From the NCBI RefSeq assembly GCF_026210795.1, contig NC_089434.1, positions 4,712,001 through 4,776,000 on the forward strand: DNA of 64,000 nt, read 5' to 3'. This document shows positions 39,481-52,608 of the stretch, piece after piece. The position numbers and the translations under genes were made by a program. Source of the DNA: Rhizophagus irregularis (Eukaryota). Position 1 is the stretch's first letter. Each line of letters starts with the position of its first letter. The notes beneath the pieces are model-generated. The model was not told the DNA's origin. It saw only the letters and a list, made by a program, of their open reading frames with translations, and made no database searches.

Positions 39481-40064
39481 TAAATTAGCCTTTAGAACAT
39501 TAATTTTGTTTTTGCTAATAAAATTCATAAGTAAATTGTTATGAATTTAATTTTATCCGGGATCTATTTTATTTCAATCTGATCACTGGATGGTGAGAAA
39601 ATGATTAAAAAGACTAACATCTTTGAACATTAGTAAGTTGATGACCAATATAAATATTATTTAATTTTATGAAAAAATGAATTACATGCATGCATGGTAC
39701 GATAATTTGAATTACTCACAATCATGTGATTTTTAATAATATAATAATTTCAAAATTACTGTAGATTGTAGACCTACAGTAGTTTAGAATGTAGAATGTA
39801 GATTCTGTCTTCTTGAAAATAATCTCATTAATACATTTAAAAGCTGATGATTATCTTTTCGGATCAGACGTTGGTCATCTTGATCGTGTTTATGTTGTGC
39901 AACTGATGCCGCATATTATATACTTTTTTTCTGATATATAAGGCACTCTCCCTATCCGCCCTCGTTCTTAAAGATAGTTGATTTCATACTTCGCTTTTAA
40001 ATAACTGCTACAATAGAAAACCCATTGTTTTTACTATAATAAAAAAAATAACGTTGAAGGAACT

Positions 40065-42577
40065 ATGGAACAAATTGCAAGCTCTAATGTCCAAGTTGTC
40101 CAAGAGGAGGTCAAGATATCGGTACATCCACTTCCAGAAGATAATGATGTAACAAATAAAGTAACGCTTCATTCCCCCGTAAATGTTCATCGACCTAAGG
40201 TTTGGGCTGAGGTATATCGTAGCTTTACCTTTTTTTGTTCTTCAAATAAAGATTTGATTATTCAATTAATTAATTTATATTGTTTTTAAAAGACACGACA
40301 AGAGTTATGTGAGACATTAGCTTATTTTAGAGCGTATCAGGGTGGAGTATACCATAAAGATAATGCAGTATACGCGTACCTTGTTGATGGGTTTGGAGCA
40401 AAGAGAGATGTCTGTAACGGGCGCGTAATAATATCACATGGGTAGACTTTTTAAAACTTATGATTTGTTTAAGTAAAATATTGATATGAATATTAATACA
40501 AATCGTTGGTTTTGGTTGAAATTCAATATTTATTTTCAGAGGAGGAAAGAGTATTAAACAGAATGACAAGTATGAACTCGCCAAATCTCAATCACCTACC
40601 GATAATTCGGTCAAATCCTTGTTGAATAATTATTATAACAAACAACCGTTAGCAATAATTATCGGTAACAAATGTTCAATTACGAAGTTCAAAGTTCCTG
40701 CGCGATATTGCGTACTTGGGTAAGTCTTATTAAGTATTTTATATAAGAATAAATATTAATACAATCGAACTAAACACTTTATTTTATGTTATTTATGATA
40801 GATTTTATTTAATCACACATGCATGGGTTTGCATAATTATTTACCAATTTGAAAAATATGAAATTATGATTTCAAATATAACACATTAGCTAATTACAGG
40901 CGGAACTTGAAGACGGTGAAAATTTAAACGACGAAGAGGCTTTAAACGAAGATGCTTTAATCGACGAAGAGGCTTTAATAAACAACACTCCAGTAGCAAA
41001 AACTAAAAAACATAAATCGAAATCGAAATCGAAACCGTTTATTCGTTGGAAATTTCGCTTTGAATGGATAGATACTCAAGAGTTTTTCCCTTGGTGGGAA
41101 GACCCTGCGGAGATAAATAAAATGGATTTAGATGATCCAAATTCCGATAATAATGAAAATATGGAAATAGATTCCGACACTTGTAATACATGCAAACAAC
41201 AATTTTTTCCAATTTATAATTCATGGATGTGCTTAGAAAGCTCATGCAAATCTTTTTGGAAGGTATATATATTAATCACATTTTCCACCCATTTTTACTA
41301 TTATTAAATAAAGATAATTTAAAATTTTGTCCAGATATGGAATACTGTTAAAATGAGTTGGGAAAACGCGCCACAAGACCTGTCTTTTAACCCGATATTT
41401 TTAGTTCCTGGGTTTATTTCGGGGGAAATTCTATCAAGACCGCTCCCGTTTAGTATTATTCCTTCTCCTCCGATTGGACATAATAATATTGGTGCTTATT
41501 CTTTAATGCATTGGAAAGGATATCACTGTTTAAGATGTGGAAGAGTTTCATGTCGTGTTAAATGGAGCTGCTGGGAATGCATGAACTGCCACGTAAGTAT
41601 TAATTTAATTATTCAGTGAAACAATTTCTTAATTTTTATTAATTATTTTCATCATAAAATAGAAAACTCTATCAGCTCTTAAAACGATTTTGGATAAATC
41701 TATGCTAGCCGATCCACATCGACTTGTTTTTACTGGACCTGCCACAGACTGTGAAGGGTCTATATTAAATGGCAGTAATATAACTCGGGATCGAACAATT
41801 TTGTCAAACGGAGTAATTTTGATGAAATATAATTTTCCGAATGACAACAGAATATTTCATTTTGTATCTAATGAAATATGTAATGAGATGCCTGATATTT
41901 TTTTGAAAAATTTTCAAGAAATAGACAACGAACAATTAAAAAGGCATCCTATAAAATCTAAACTCGAAACTCGATTATTTGCTAGACAGTTTACGTTGAA
42001 CGTAGGTGAACATTATAAATTCGCCCTTGAATTAAATACTGTGCCATGGAAAGACGCTCCGAAAGTATGTAATGATACTCTTGATTATGTTAAAAAAATC
42101 ATCGAGAACTTCGTTCCAGAAGTTAGCCATGATTTTAATCAAATGTTAGTAGCTATATACATGGAGGGGCAAAGAATGTCCTGGCACGATGATGGAGAAA
42201 AAGGTGTTGGTCCGATAATAGTTAGTCTATCACTTGGATCTCCTGCAGAAATGAAAGTTCGCCGTAAGCTAAAAAAAAAAGTCGAAGCCTCAAGTTCTAA
42301 ATCTAGCAAAAATGATGAAAAAGGTGATTACACACCAACATTTCCCATTATGAGGCGAAATGGTCCTGAATTATTATTAAACTTAAATCATGGTGATATA
42401 GTAATAATGGCGGGTGACACTCTTCAAGAACATTATGACCAGTAAGTGTTATGAATTTGGTTCTTTTATTTACAGTATATAAATAAGAATATTAATATAG
42501 ATTGAATCAATTTATTTAGTATGGTGGCTCCAAAAGGATTTCGGGTTGCCTGTACGATTCGAAAGATAGAAAAATAA
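40065..42577 (+). CDS. SRA/SAD-like + Cys-rich + AlkB-family 2OG-Fe(II) dioxygenase, 652 aa, 8 exons
   Basis: Exons 40065-40211, 40293-40441, 40540-40719, 40802-40826, 40900-41262, 41335-41592, 41663-42441, 42520-42577 join in frame through GT-AG introns (1959 nt). N-terminal PKVWAETRQELCETLAYFRAYQGGVY...IISHGGGK...YCVLGFYLITHAW...RWKFRFEW. Cys clusters CNTC/CLESSC/CLRC/CMNC. AlkB motifs FNQMLVAIY, WHDDGE, IVSLSLGS, LNHGDIVIM, HYDH, RVACTIR. Confidence 0.9.
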
Positions 42578-43555
42578 TTTTATTTATTAAATAATATATA
42601 AATAAATTAATAAAATAATATCAACGTTATTTATTTAAGGTTAGATTTTGCGCGAGTGCTTTTTATAATGAATTTCTCTTACAAATTACGAAAAAAAAGT
42701 GCAAACTTATATCTATCATGATTCCTTTTTATTTATAACATTGATTTTTATCGGGTTTTCTAGTGAAAAAAATGCGGTTTATTATAAAAATAAAAAATAT
42801 CAGAATAAATTACAGGAAAAAACACGCAAAATGTTAGGTGAGAACTGTGAATTGTTCTTCATCTTGATCAATTATGACAGAAATTTATTATTCAGAGAAA
42901 TTTTTAGCGAATTATCATTATAGGACGGCACAACAGTTTAGTAGCGGACGCATACGAGTAAAAACTAAGGGGAAGAGAAAAAATCCATTAATTCTTGCTG
43001 ATGTACTTTTTATTGGGCCATGGATCGCTGGATACTTTCAGCATTTATTTTTTTTCTGACTTAATTTTATTAGGTGGTTCACTTGTAAGCGGAAAGATTC
43101 AAGTCAGTGATACTTAGAGACATAAAATTTCACTTTTTTGTTATTTAGGTGATTCTTCATAACTCTGGTTTTCCTTTATTCTTTTTACAATTGCACGTGA
43201 TCTGGTCAACATCTGACGCCAATGGCACAACAAATACATCCAAACTTTGGCATCACAAACCTGAAGAATAAAAAAGGTTAATCTTTCTTGTAATGATTTT
43301 TTAATAATTATGGCACTTAAAACATCTCATTCCACCATTTAATTCTTGAAAATTTAGAAATTGGAAAGGATCAAATCCCCATTTCCTCATTAATTAATTT
43401 TATTCTTTGATACTTAGAAGCTATTCACGCACGTTTTATTGTACATGAATCTAATTATATTAACAAAATTCTAATCATAATTTCGAGGAAATGGCATACT
43501 ATGGTGGATGAGGAGTAAACTAAGTTTACACATCACCACACATCACTATCAGAGT

Positions 43556-44799
43556 TTACACATCACCATCATTGTGCACCCAGTCACCAAAATTACTACT
43601 AGATACCAATATTTTCCGTGCAGTTTCCAAAGATCCATCCCCACCAATGTCTTCATATATTAACCTCATCGCCGTTTCAGGAATAAGAACTTCCATCATA
43701 TAATCTGCTGGTTTCAATGGAGCGGTATTTTCTGATGTAAGAATATGAGTATTTAAAAATAACTTCATTAAAACATCTGAAATTATAAGAGCTCCTTTTG
43801 TTCCATAATACCCCGCCTAATTTATAAAATTCATTAAATTATTAATTATTAATTAAATTAAATAAAATTCAACGCAAAATAACTTACTCTTAATTCTTCA
43901 AATCGGTTAAGTAGCCCCAATGGGGATGCAGACTTTCGTCCATTCTTCTTATAATATTTTAATGCGCAGTTACGATAATAACTATCAGCAGTACCATCAA
44001 TGATTTCCAAGAGATTATTTTTAAGCTTATGAATACGATCTGGCAATTCTTCAAAATTAATTACAGAAGGGTAATTATTTGCCACGCCATCTGAAGTGAC
44101 TGATATCTCTGCAAAATGAATAAAACAGAATTCTGACGCTGGAATCTTCCCTAAAATATTCACTATTAGTAAATAATAAATGATTTTCCCTTCAAAAAAA
44201 AAATAAATATAATTCCAAATACCTTGTTTGATAAGCTCTGATGCTGATTTCAATCTATCAGACATTAAAATAGGTAAAGTAGCATTACAAAACGGACAAC
44301 GTTCACTCGCTATGAATTGATAAATCATATCATTTTAATTAAATTCACTTGATTAAAATTGTTTATGCATCAATACATACTCCCGTCAACATTTTCATCT
44401 TTAAATAATTCTAATTCATAAAGTTCTAATTCATCAAGTCTCAAGAAATCCACATCAGTATCCAATTCATTAAAATCATCAGTAAATCTTTTCGGACTTG
44501 GCATTATGAATCGTTCACTAGGTAATTGTTGCGTATTATCTACATTCTAATAAATAATAGCAATACATTTTCTTGGTTATCTTTTAAATAAAATTAATTA
44601 AATTACTTAAATTACTCTTTGATACATTTTTTTTTCGTGAATTTCTTCTTTTAGTCTGTTTTTTTTGTACAGAAGGTGATTTCGACGAATTTGGGGGTAT
44701 AATAATTGATGCCGATCTAGTTCTGGGACGTAGGTCATAAGTCGAAATGACTTGATTTGATATAGGGGTTCTTTTAGTCCTTTTACGTGAAGCCGACAT
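43556..44799 (-). CDS. RTC4-like domain protein, 316 aa, 5 coding exons
   Basis: Exons 44799-44626, 44546-44381, 44309-44223, 44150-43888, 43816-43556 join in frame (951 nt). Motifs CPFC...FCFIH, YPSVINFEELPDRI, AGYYGTKG, VLIPETAMRLIYED, ARKILVSSSNFGDWVH are typical of RTC4-like domains; basic NLS-like N-terminus. Confidence 0.85.
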
Positions 44800-44945
44800 T
44801 TTCTATAAACATAATTATTTTTTTTATTAAGAAATATATATTTACACATTTAATAATAAATATAAGTATTTTAATTTAATAAATTAAATACGTTGAAGCT
44901 TATTTGTTTCTATATTGTTGAGTAAAGTCCGTTTTGACAATTGAC

Positions 44946-45024
44946 ACGCGAAACAACTAACTGCTATTACGCGTTAAAAGAGTTAAATAGTACCTACAGC
45001 GCCTAGGAAATACGATACGCGAAA
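44946..45024. promoter_or_regulatory. Cluster of MCB/SCB-like motifs upstream of the RTC4-like gene
   Basis: ACGCGAAA (44946), ACGCGT (44969), ACGCGAAA (45017) within 80 bp of otherwise CpG-poor DNA. Confidence 0.45.
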
Positions 45025-45720
45025 GACAGCATAGTATTTATGTTCTTTTTATAATAATCAAGGTTACACTAATAGTCACGAGACATATAATATACCGATT
45101 CATATTTTATTGGTTAATTGTTAAATAAATAAGAAAGATCAAAAAAAAAACCATCTATGGTGGCTGTCACCTATAAACAAAACAACAAACAAACAACAAT
45201 AGTCCGAAATTTGAAATTTTTTTTATTTATATTGTTAAAATATAATAATTGCCGCGTGAATTTTATGTTTTTATGCCTGTTTTCATTATCATTTGTTCCA
45301 GTTTGTGCCTAAAACAGGAAATCCAGACGTGTCCAAAATGTCAATTTATTACGCTATAGTATAGTACCGTAAAGGATCCCCTTTTCCACATTTTCCGCGT
45401 ACCCCATAGTAATATAACTGGATATTTTATTAGACAAAAAAAAAATTTTTTTGATTTAGACCCGGGTATTATCATACTTGTAACTTTATTACTTAATTGC
45501 GTTACTTAGTAATAAATGATAAACTTGTATTATTTAATTTGTGTTACCTAATTTACCAAACTGTATTGCTTAAATGAGGAGTTATTAAAATATTAAACCC
45601 AAATTACCCAATAACATTGTCTTGCCAATAAAAACAAAATTTTTTAACCTGTTATTTTAATACGGTAATATACGAAATTCAATCAGTCAAAAAACCTTTA
45701 CTTTATTACATAATACGTTA

Positions 45721-46164
45721 TTACCATAACAGTATGCATAAAGGCATTAGCTGAATTATTAATTCCAATCCTGAATTACAGTCTGCTTCACTTTCATTAC
45801 TATCCCCTGATTCACTTTCATTACTATCTCCTGATTCGCTTTCATCACTGTCTTCTATTTCACTTTCGCCACTTTCTTCTGATTCACTTTTATCATAATC
45901 TGAATCATTTTCGCTACTTTCTTCTGAATCATTTTCGTTTCTCTCACCTTCAACGTTTCTCTCACCTTCAACTTCCAAGATCTTCTCTATTACCCTATTT
46001 TCTAATCGATCAAAATCAAAAATTAAAGTATCTTCTGTCCCATATATAGCATTTGAAACGCCACAACACTTGAACGACCGCCTTATCATATTGATATTGA
46101 TAGCATCCCAACCTTCCATTACCATCTTGCTACAAGTGAGTAAGATGGTCTTTTGATTTTCCAT
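45721..46164 (-). mobile_element. C-terminal fragment of a pogo-like transposase with acidic repeats
   Basis: MVMEGWDAININMIRRSFKCCGVSNAIYGTEDTLIFD parallels the C-terminus of the element at 371-3191, followed by ESESGDSN repeats. Possible ends at ~45366 (TA-CCGTAAAGGATCC) and ~47386 are weak. Confidence 0.75.
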
Positions 46165-47522
46165 AATTCAATTTTTAAATCGCTGAAATTGATATAAACC
46201 CGGATAGGTACTAGAGTATTATGTAAAATTTGCATGCCAAAGAACTGAAGTAAAATTCCGTGATGGTACATTCGTTCCTAAATATATAATTTAATTACCG
46301 TTTGAATTAAACGAACTGAACGAAATTAAATAATTTTAGAATATTCAGAATATTCTCACTTTAATATTGATCTTTTAGAAGATTTCTTGATCAAAAAAAA
46401 ATCGAATTAATTGTCTATTGCTATGCACTAGACGATTTGATCGTCAACCCATTTGATTATGTCACTTCGTCACGTCTGATAAAATCGATCATCACGTTTT
46501 GAAATTTTTCTTGAATATTTTTTTTTCTCGTTTTTATTTTATTTTTTAACAGTTCGTTTTAGTTTTCTTTCTTTTTATGTCCTTATGTTCCTCGGTTCTG
46601 CAGCAATAGAATTGTTTCCTTCTTTTTTCTTTTCGCTTCTCGTTGTTGATTTCCTTTCTTTCTTTAGGACTTCAAACTCATCAAAGGTACATTTCCTTCT
46701 TATTATTTCTTCGGTTCTGCAATCAAAGGCATGTTTCCTCCTTATTTCTTTTTTTTTGTTTCGTGTTTCTTGTCTCTAATTTTTTTTCTTTCTTTTGGTC
46801 TCTAGGTTCTTCAGTTTTGCGACAAAGGTACTTTCTTTTTATTCTGAATTTTGTTTTTATTTTTTACCCTTTGTTTCTAATTTTCCTTTTTCTTTTAAGT
46901 CTTTAAGTTCTTCCAATTTGTGAACGTACTTTTTTCTTTTTATCCCTTTCTCTATGGGGTTTACCTTGATCTTTTCTTGGTCTTGTAAATTTCGTCCTTA
47001 ATCTTCATTCCCCCTTTCTTTATTTTCATTCTTTCTTTTTCCCCAATTTTCATCATCTTTTATTTTTAATAAAGATATAAATTTCGCTCCGGACTCATAC
47101 CGGTTTCCATTTCCTAGTAATATAAAACTATTCCAATCTTCCCATTGACTCTAGATATCAACGAATTCACGGATTCCTCTGATGAGTTGATTATGCTAAA
47201 TTAATTGGACCTTGCCTATTAGCTTGTAAATTTCTTATGTTATAAAAATAACATATTAAATGTTTGTTTCTGATTAAATATCTACCAATCAAATTCTATG
47301 TGCGCAATGTGCGGAAGATTGGTCACGTGTGAAGTTTTGCACGTTCAGTTCTATTTCAGTTTTAATTCTTATGGATCCCTTATAATAGATATTTACCATC
47401 ATTGAAAACTTTGCTAACATGACTTTTCAATACAGCTATACAACTAAACAATCAAAGAAAAACGAATTAAAAAATTGATACTTCCTCATCAAAATTTGAA
47501 ATTTTTCTAAAAAAAAACCTTA

Positions 47523-47700
47523 CCTTCTTTTCAATAAATCCCATATACAATACTACAATCGTTAGCATCAGATAATTTTCAATTAACTAATAATTCCTCC
47601 ATGTTCATGAAATTATGTGTACCCAATAACCTCTATATATCGCATACTTTTTATTGTACTATCAGCTGATCCTGTTACAACTTATATGTAGCATGTATAA
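47523..47700 (-). pseudogene. UTP13: Decayed fragment of a UTP13/TBL3-type WD40 gene
   Basis: With frameshifts it reads VTGSADSTIK-VCDIYRGY-...FHEHGGIIS*LK...NDCSI-IWDLLKRR, which resembles the Utp13 segment TGSADSTIKVWDI..GYCTHNF.GHGGIIS.LK...WDLVKRK (recognised from memory). Confidence 0.65.
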
Positions 47701-50700
47701 AAATTTTGATGAAATGTTGAAATGGTATGCTGGAAAATGGGATTAATTCTATTCTTACGTAAAATTTCTTTTGACTTATTGAATGCTTCCATCTTTGCAT
47801 CAATGCTGATTGACCAATAAGCATTGAATTTAATAACTGTATTATATTCAAATTTTCATTTAGAACTCTACTGTATTAATTTAAGTCTTTCGGTACCTTC
47901 GAAATATTAGAATTGGCTTCCCTATGAGTTCACCCAAATCCGCTGATTGAATTTTAAATTTCCCTCGTCACAATTTACATAATTCTTGATCTGACTTCGT
48001 TCAACTCGAGATTTCTGAACTTACCTCATGACAATTAGACTTTAACGCTTGAGTTTTTGAGTATCGTCTTGATCAATTAAATATGTGTGTTTCTTTTTGA
48101 CCTTACTGGTACTTGAAGGCTTATCATTGTTGAAAATTATTTTTTCTAGGACTCCATTCTTTTTTTGTTTCGCGTTACCAGACCATCCTGATCTTTGCTC
48201 TTAAATTTAATATCTCTATCTCGCTCGCTTACTATATCTTTCTGAGATTTTGATTACCACAAAGATTTCTGAGAGATTTTAGCGATATTTGTCTGCGGTT
48301 TTAGATTAGACAGGTGAACGACTGCAGTAATTGCAATCTGGATCTAGGCTTTTGGATTTTTAAGATTTATCAGATTTTTTTGAAGAAGTTTCAACAATTC
48401 TAACGAACTCTAAAGTTTGATCCTTAATTTTAGGAATTATTTCGGGTTGTCAAACTTTCCGTTTGATTTTCACGGTCCATAGATAAATCACAAAAGGTTG
48501 ACCAAGTAAGCATAATTCTTCACCTTTAAGTATTCCTTTGATTCTGAAGTCGTTGGACTATGGTATATCCTAAAGAATAACCAGATTCAGACATATGAAT
48601 GTTGTATAGCCGTCGGTTTACGCGATTTTGTAGTTTTTACGGTATATTTCTTTTTTGCTTGGAATAAAAATACTTGTAATTTGTGAAAATACAAGTATCG
48701 TTTTTTTACACATGATTTCCACTGATTATGTAGGTACGTCACACATCAATACACTGATCACAACCATATCATTTACTTTAAGAAAAGCGAGAATATTTCA
48801 TTTACAATGTGAGAAGAGAAGTTCCAAAATGTTGAAATAACATGGGAAGTTGGGAACTATTGAATGTATAATATCTATTTGTATAATTTTAGTTTAAATC
48901 ATTGCTCGTGGATGTACACATTGCAAGCACTATAATCTACTAGTCCCATTATGCAATTCTTTAAAAAAAAAGCTCAAAGCTTCTTTTTATCAGCATTTCC
49001 ACTTTTTGTCAAATTTCATTTCAATGATTTAATTAATTTTTGGTTCATACTATAACTTTGAATATAAAATAATAAAAATTTGAGAGAATTCACTACCGAC
49101 AATTTTTTTATTATTGGAAGGAAACTTTTTTAAACGACACCATGATCTGATTGACTAAAGTACATGAATGTAAAGTTGAAAAATCATTCTCAAAATATAA
49201 TATGACATCATATGTTAGTTCTTGTAACTCGAAAGAACTTCCTAAATGTTACGCCATATCACTTTGACGTAAAAATTCGTTTCCTTAGTCCCTTTTGCAT
49301 CCTAATTATTTTGCAATATAGTGTTACTCTTTTGCAGGTGAAATGCTCGCTCTAACATAAAACTCTTCGACATCCAGGTCCTTTTACAAATATCAAGTTA
49401 ATTCATGATTTTGTTTTTATTATTAGCGTTCTCGTTTGGTACATCCATTACGTTAATTACGTTTTAAATACACAAAAATATTATTCATAATTTTTAAAAT
49501 AAAGATACTACTGTAGAAATGTAGAATTATTGGTTTAGTTGGGTATAGCATAAGGGCTTTAAATAGGGTATAGGGTATTAAAAATATATTTTCAGTTATT
49601 ACTTTGTTGGGTCATGCCGAATATTCACTTTAAGAGCGAGGTAATTTTAAAAAAATTTACACGGACGAGTATTTTCTCAACCAGTATTTGAAATTAAGAG
49701 TGATCCGTGTCAATTACAATAAACATTAGATAACGTGTGTAAAAAAGAATGTAATGTAAAGAAGCTTGTAAGAAAGATATGCTTATCTGTTATATATAAT
49801 TGCATATTAATATACAACTCCCACGTTAATTACGAGTTATTTGTCGACTTCTTGACTTGTATAGGAAAGAATTTTCCAACATTTATTAAGTCCGAAGCAG
49901 GTGCACTTCGGACTAATGTATCACAATCTAAAATTAATTCTATTCCTGACGAATCTATTTGTCTTATTTGTCGGGTAACATTATTGCGCGCCCGTCCGCG
50001 CCACATTAATTTTTTTTTGGCTTGGCCTTTACAGACATCAATTCCACGTTCTTAGTTGAAACTTTTCCCGAAATGGTCATTGATTTCGTAGATGTGAGAC
50101 TTCATCTCTGTAACAAAATTTCACACGAATCACTTTATGGCACACGGAAACATTCTAAATTGGAATATGCAAGCCTCAAACTTATCGTCAACTGATAAAT
50201 TTATCCCCGTTGGGTGAACAATTTTTTTATTCGATCATGATAACAGTTGCTGATCGATCTGATGGATAACGGGATATAAACAAATCATGCTAACATACTC
50301 TTGTATCAAGAATTCAAACGTGACTGTAGTAAAATATTTTCTCAAGATAAAATATTATTGTTGGAGAATTTATTATCGTTCCATCTTTAACGTGCACACA
50401 TTAGATAGCGATCTTTTAAAATCGTCGCGCAATACGACATCAGAGAGTGAAATTTAAAAAAGAAATCACGACAATTTCAGTATACGACAAAGTTATTTGA
50501 AAAAAAAATTTTATTTTATTTTATTTTTTTCTTAAATAAAAGTCCCTCTATAAAATAAATTCGTTTATATTTCGAAAAAAATATATTTTTAAAATTTGGT
50601 CCTATAGGACATGTTGAATTTATTATAATTGCGTAAGAATGATTTTGTATTTACATGATATAAAAAAATTAATTTGATATAATATTAGATCTAATATAAA

Positions 50701-51341
50701 GGGCTTATGAAAGGGTATATGATATATAAAAATAATATGATGATTAAACATGAATAATTGAATTTAAAGACAAATAAGAAAGTAAATGAAGATAATGCAT
50801 AACAAATATTAAATGTCCTATTTTAAAATTTTTGAATTTAGCATGTTAATTTCCTAACTATATTTAAGAATTATTATATTATATTAATTTTGAAGTAATA
50901 AGAATTATAATATTAAATTGAAAGCGTAATTTGTGAAAGAACACATGATTCATACATGTTACGTGTAAATAAAACAGCAATTTACATATTTATCATATTA
51001 CGCAATAATTTCAGGATATTTCATAATTATATTTTGTAGGGTGTAGGGTTTCGTTTATCTAAAAAAACAAAAGAAATAAATTTTTAACAAATTAATCCTT
51101 GATAATTTAATACAATGTGGCTTATATATACATACTTTCGGTTTTCTTTAGCCTTAACTTTTATTGTGCGAAAAGAATTATTAAAAGATGGGAATTTCAA
51201 TCTACAAAAACGAAAGAAATAATTTTTAATGATTATTCCGATAATTTTATACATGGTTAGTACATACAAACATACATACCACCAAAAATGTTCAAAATGT
51301 CGTTTCGTGTGAGAAGAAAAATTTCAACAAAAATTTTTTTA

Positions 51342-51512
51342 AATGACGGAAAGGTCTTGAATGACGGAAGGGGGGTCTTTAATGAAGGAAAGATTTCTTT
51401 AAGACGGAAGGTCCTAGATGACGGAAAGTCTTAAATGACGGAAAGCCTTAGATGACGGAAGGATCTTAAATGACGGAAGGATCTTAAATGTTTAAACGGA
51501 AAGGGGGGTTTT
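51342..51512. repeat. Degenerate 19-22 bp minisatellite, about x8
   Basis: Core A(A/G)ATGACGGAA(G/A)G...TCTT(A/G) repeated. Confidence 0.88.
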
Positions 51513-52608
51513 TAATTGATAGAAAAAAGAAAAAAAAAAATGGCTACGATGCTATGTAGGGCTATAAATACATAATGCGTAATGTGCAAAATAAACATGT
51601 TATAACACGTTTTACTTTCGATAATCAGTTATCAGCGCAATCAGTACGATCGTGAGAAATAAAATTGTTATCGGGATTCGGGAGCATCGGGAGCAACTAA
51701 CAAAGCACGAAACACGCCTACAGAAGCGCAAAAGGAGAAAATAAAACATTTTGCACGTTTTTTTGACATCATTTTCACCAACTCGTCTAAAATTACGTCT
51801 TCTGATATTACATGAACTTCACGCCACATCAAATAGGAATTATGCATCTTATCGGAACTTCCAAAATTTTGATGCCGTGTTTGCGCAGCGACAAAAATTA
51901 CACGCAAAAGGTTACCCAATTGGTTTGTGTACTCTTGTACATTCCCGTTTGAAATGATTAAAAGATTTATATGTATAAATAAATCTCATGATAATCATGA
52001 TTTGTTTACATTACACAATCCACTATATTTATTCCTGATGAAACGGTAAAAAGTTGTTAACATAATCGACATAAAGTAAAGTATAGATATTGCAAAATAT
52101 AACACTCATGATCACCAACGGGATAGATTTATCAGTTAACGATAAGCCTGATGAAATGACCTATTAGGGCTTATTAAGGCTTAGGTTAAAGTAAAGAGGC
52201 TTGCATAGAATATGTTTCCGTGTGTAATAAAGTGATTCATGTGGAAACTTGTTACAAAGAGATGAGTGAGATCAAGGAAGCTTACGCTCATTTTTGGAAA
52301 GAGATTTGTTTTTTATTCAACTAAGAACGGGATTACGGGAATTGAAGCAAAGCAGATCTACAAAAAAGTAAAAAATAGGTTAATGTACAAAAAGTTTGTG
52401 GCTTGACCCGACAAATAAATCCGGGCTTACCCTTCTGCTGTTTAATCCTAAACCTGTAGCCTAATTTAGTAATTCGGATGTATGCTATTATTACCTATCT
52501 AGTTTAACGCTTTTAAACGCGACATTTTGACGATAAAGCTTTTTAACGCGACATTTTGATTTTTATCTACGATAAAAAATATAATTTCAGTTTACTGAGC
52601 ACATAAAA

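Noticed and set aside
46585..46906. Hydrophobic F/L/S-rich ORFs as membrane proteins
   Set aside because: Low-complexity T-rich sequence; the composition reflects base bias.
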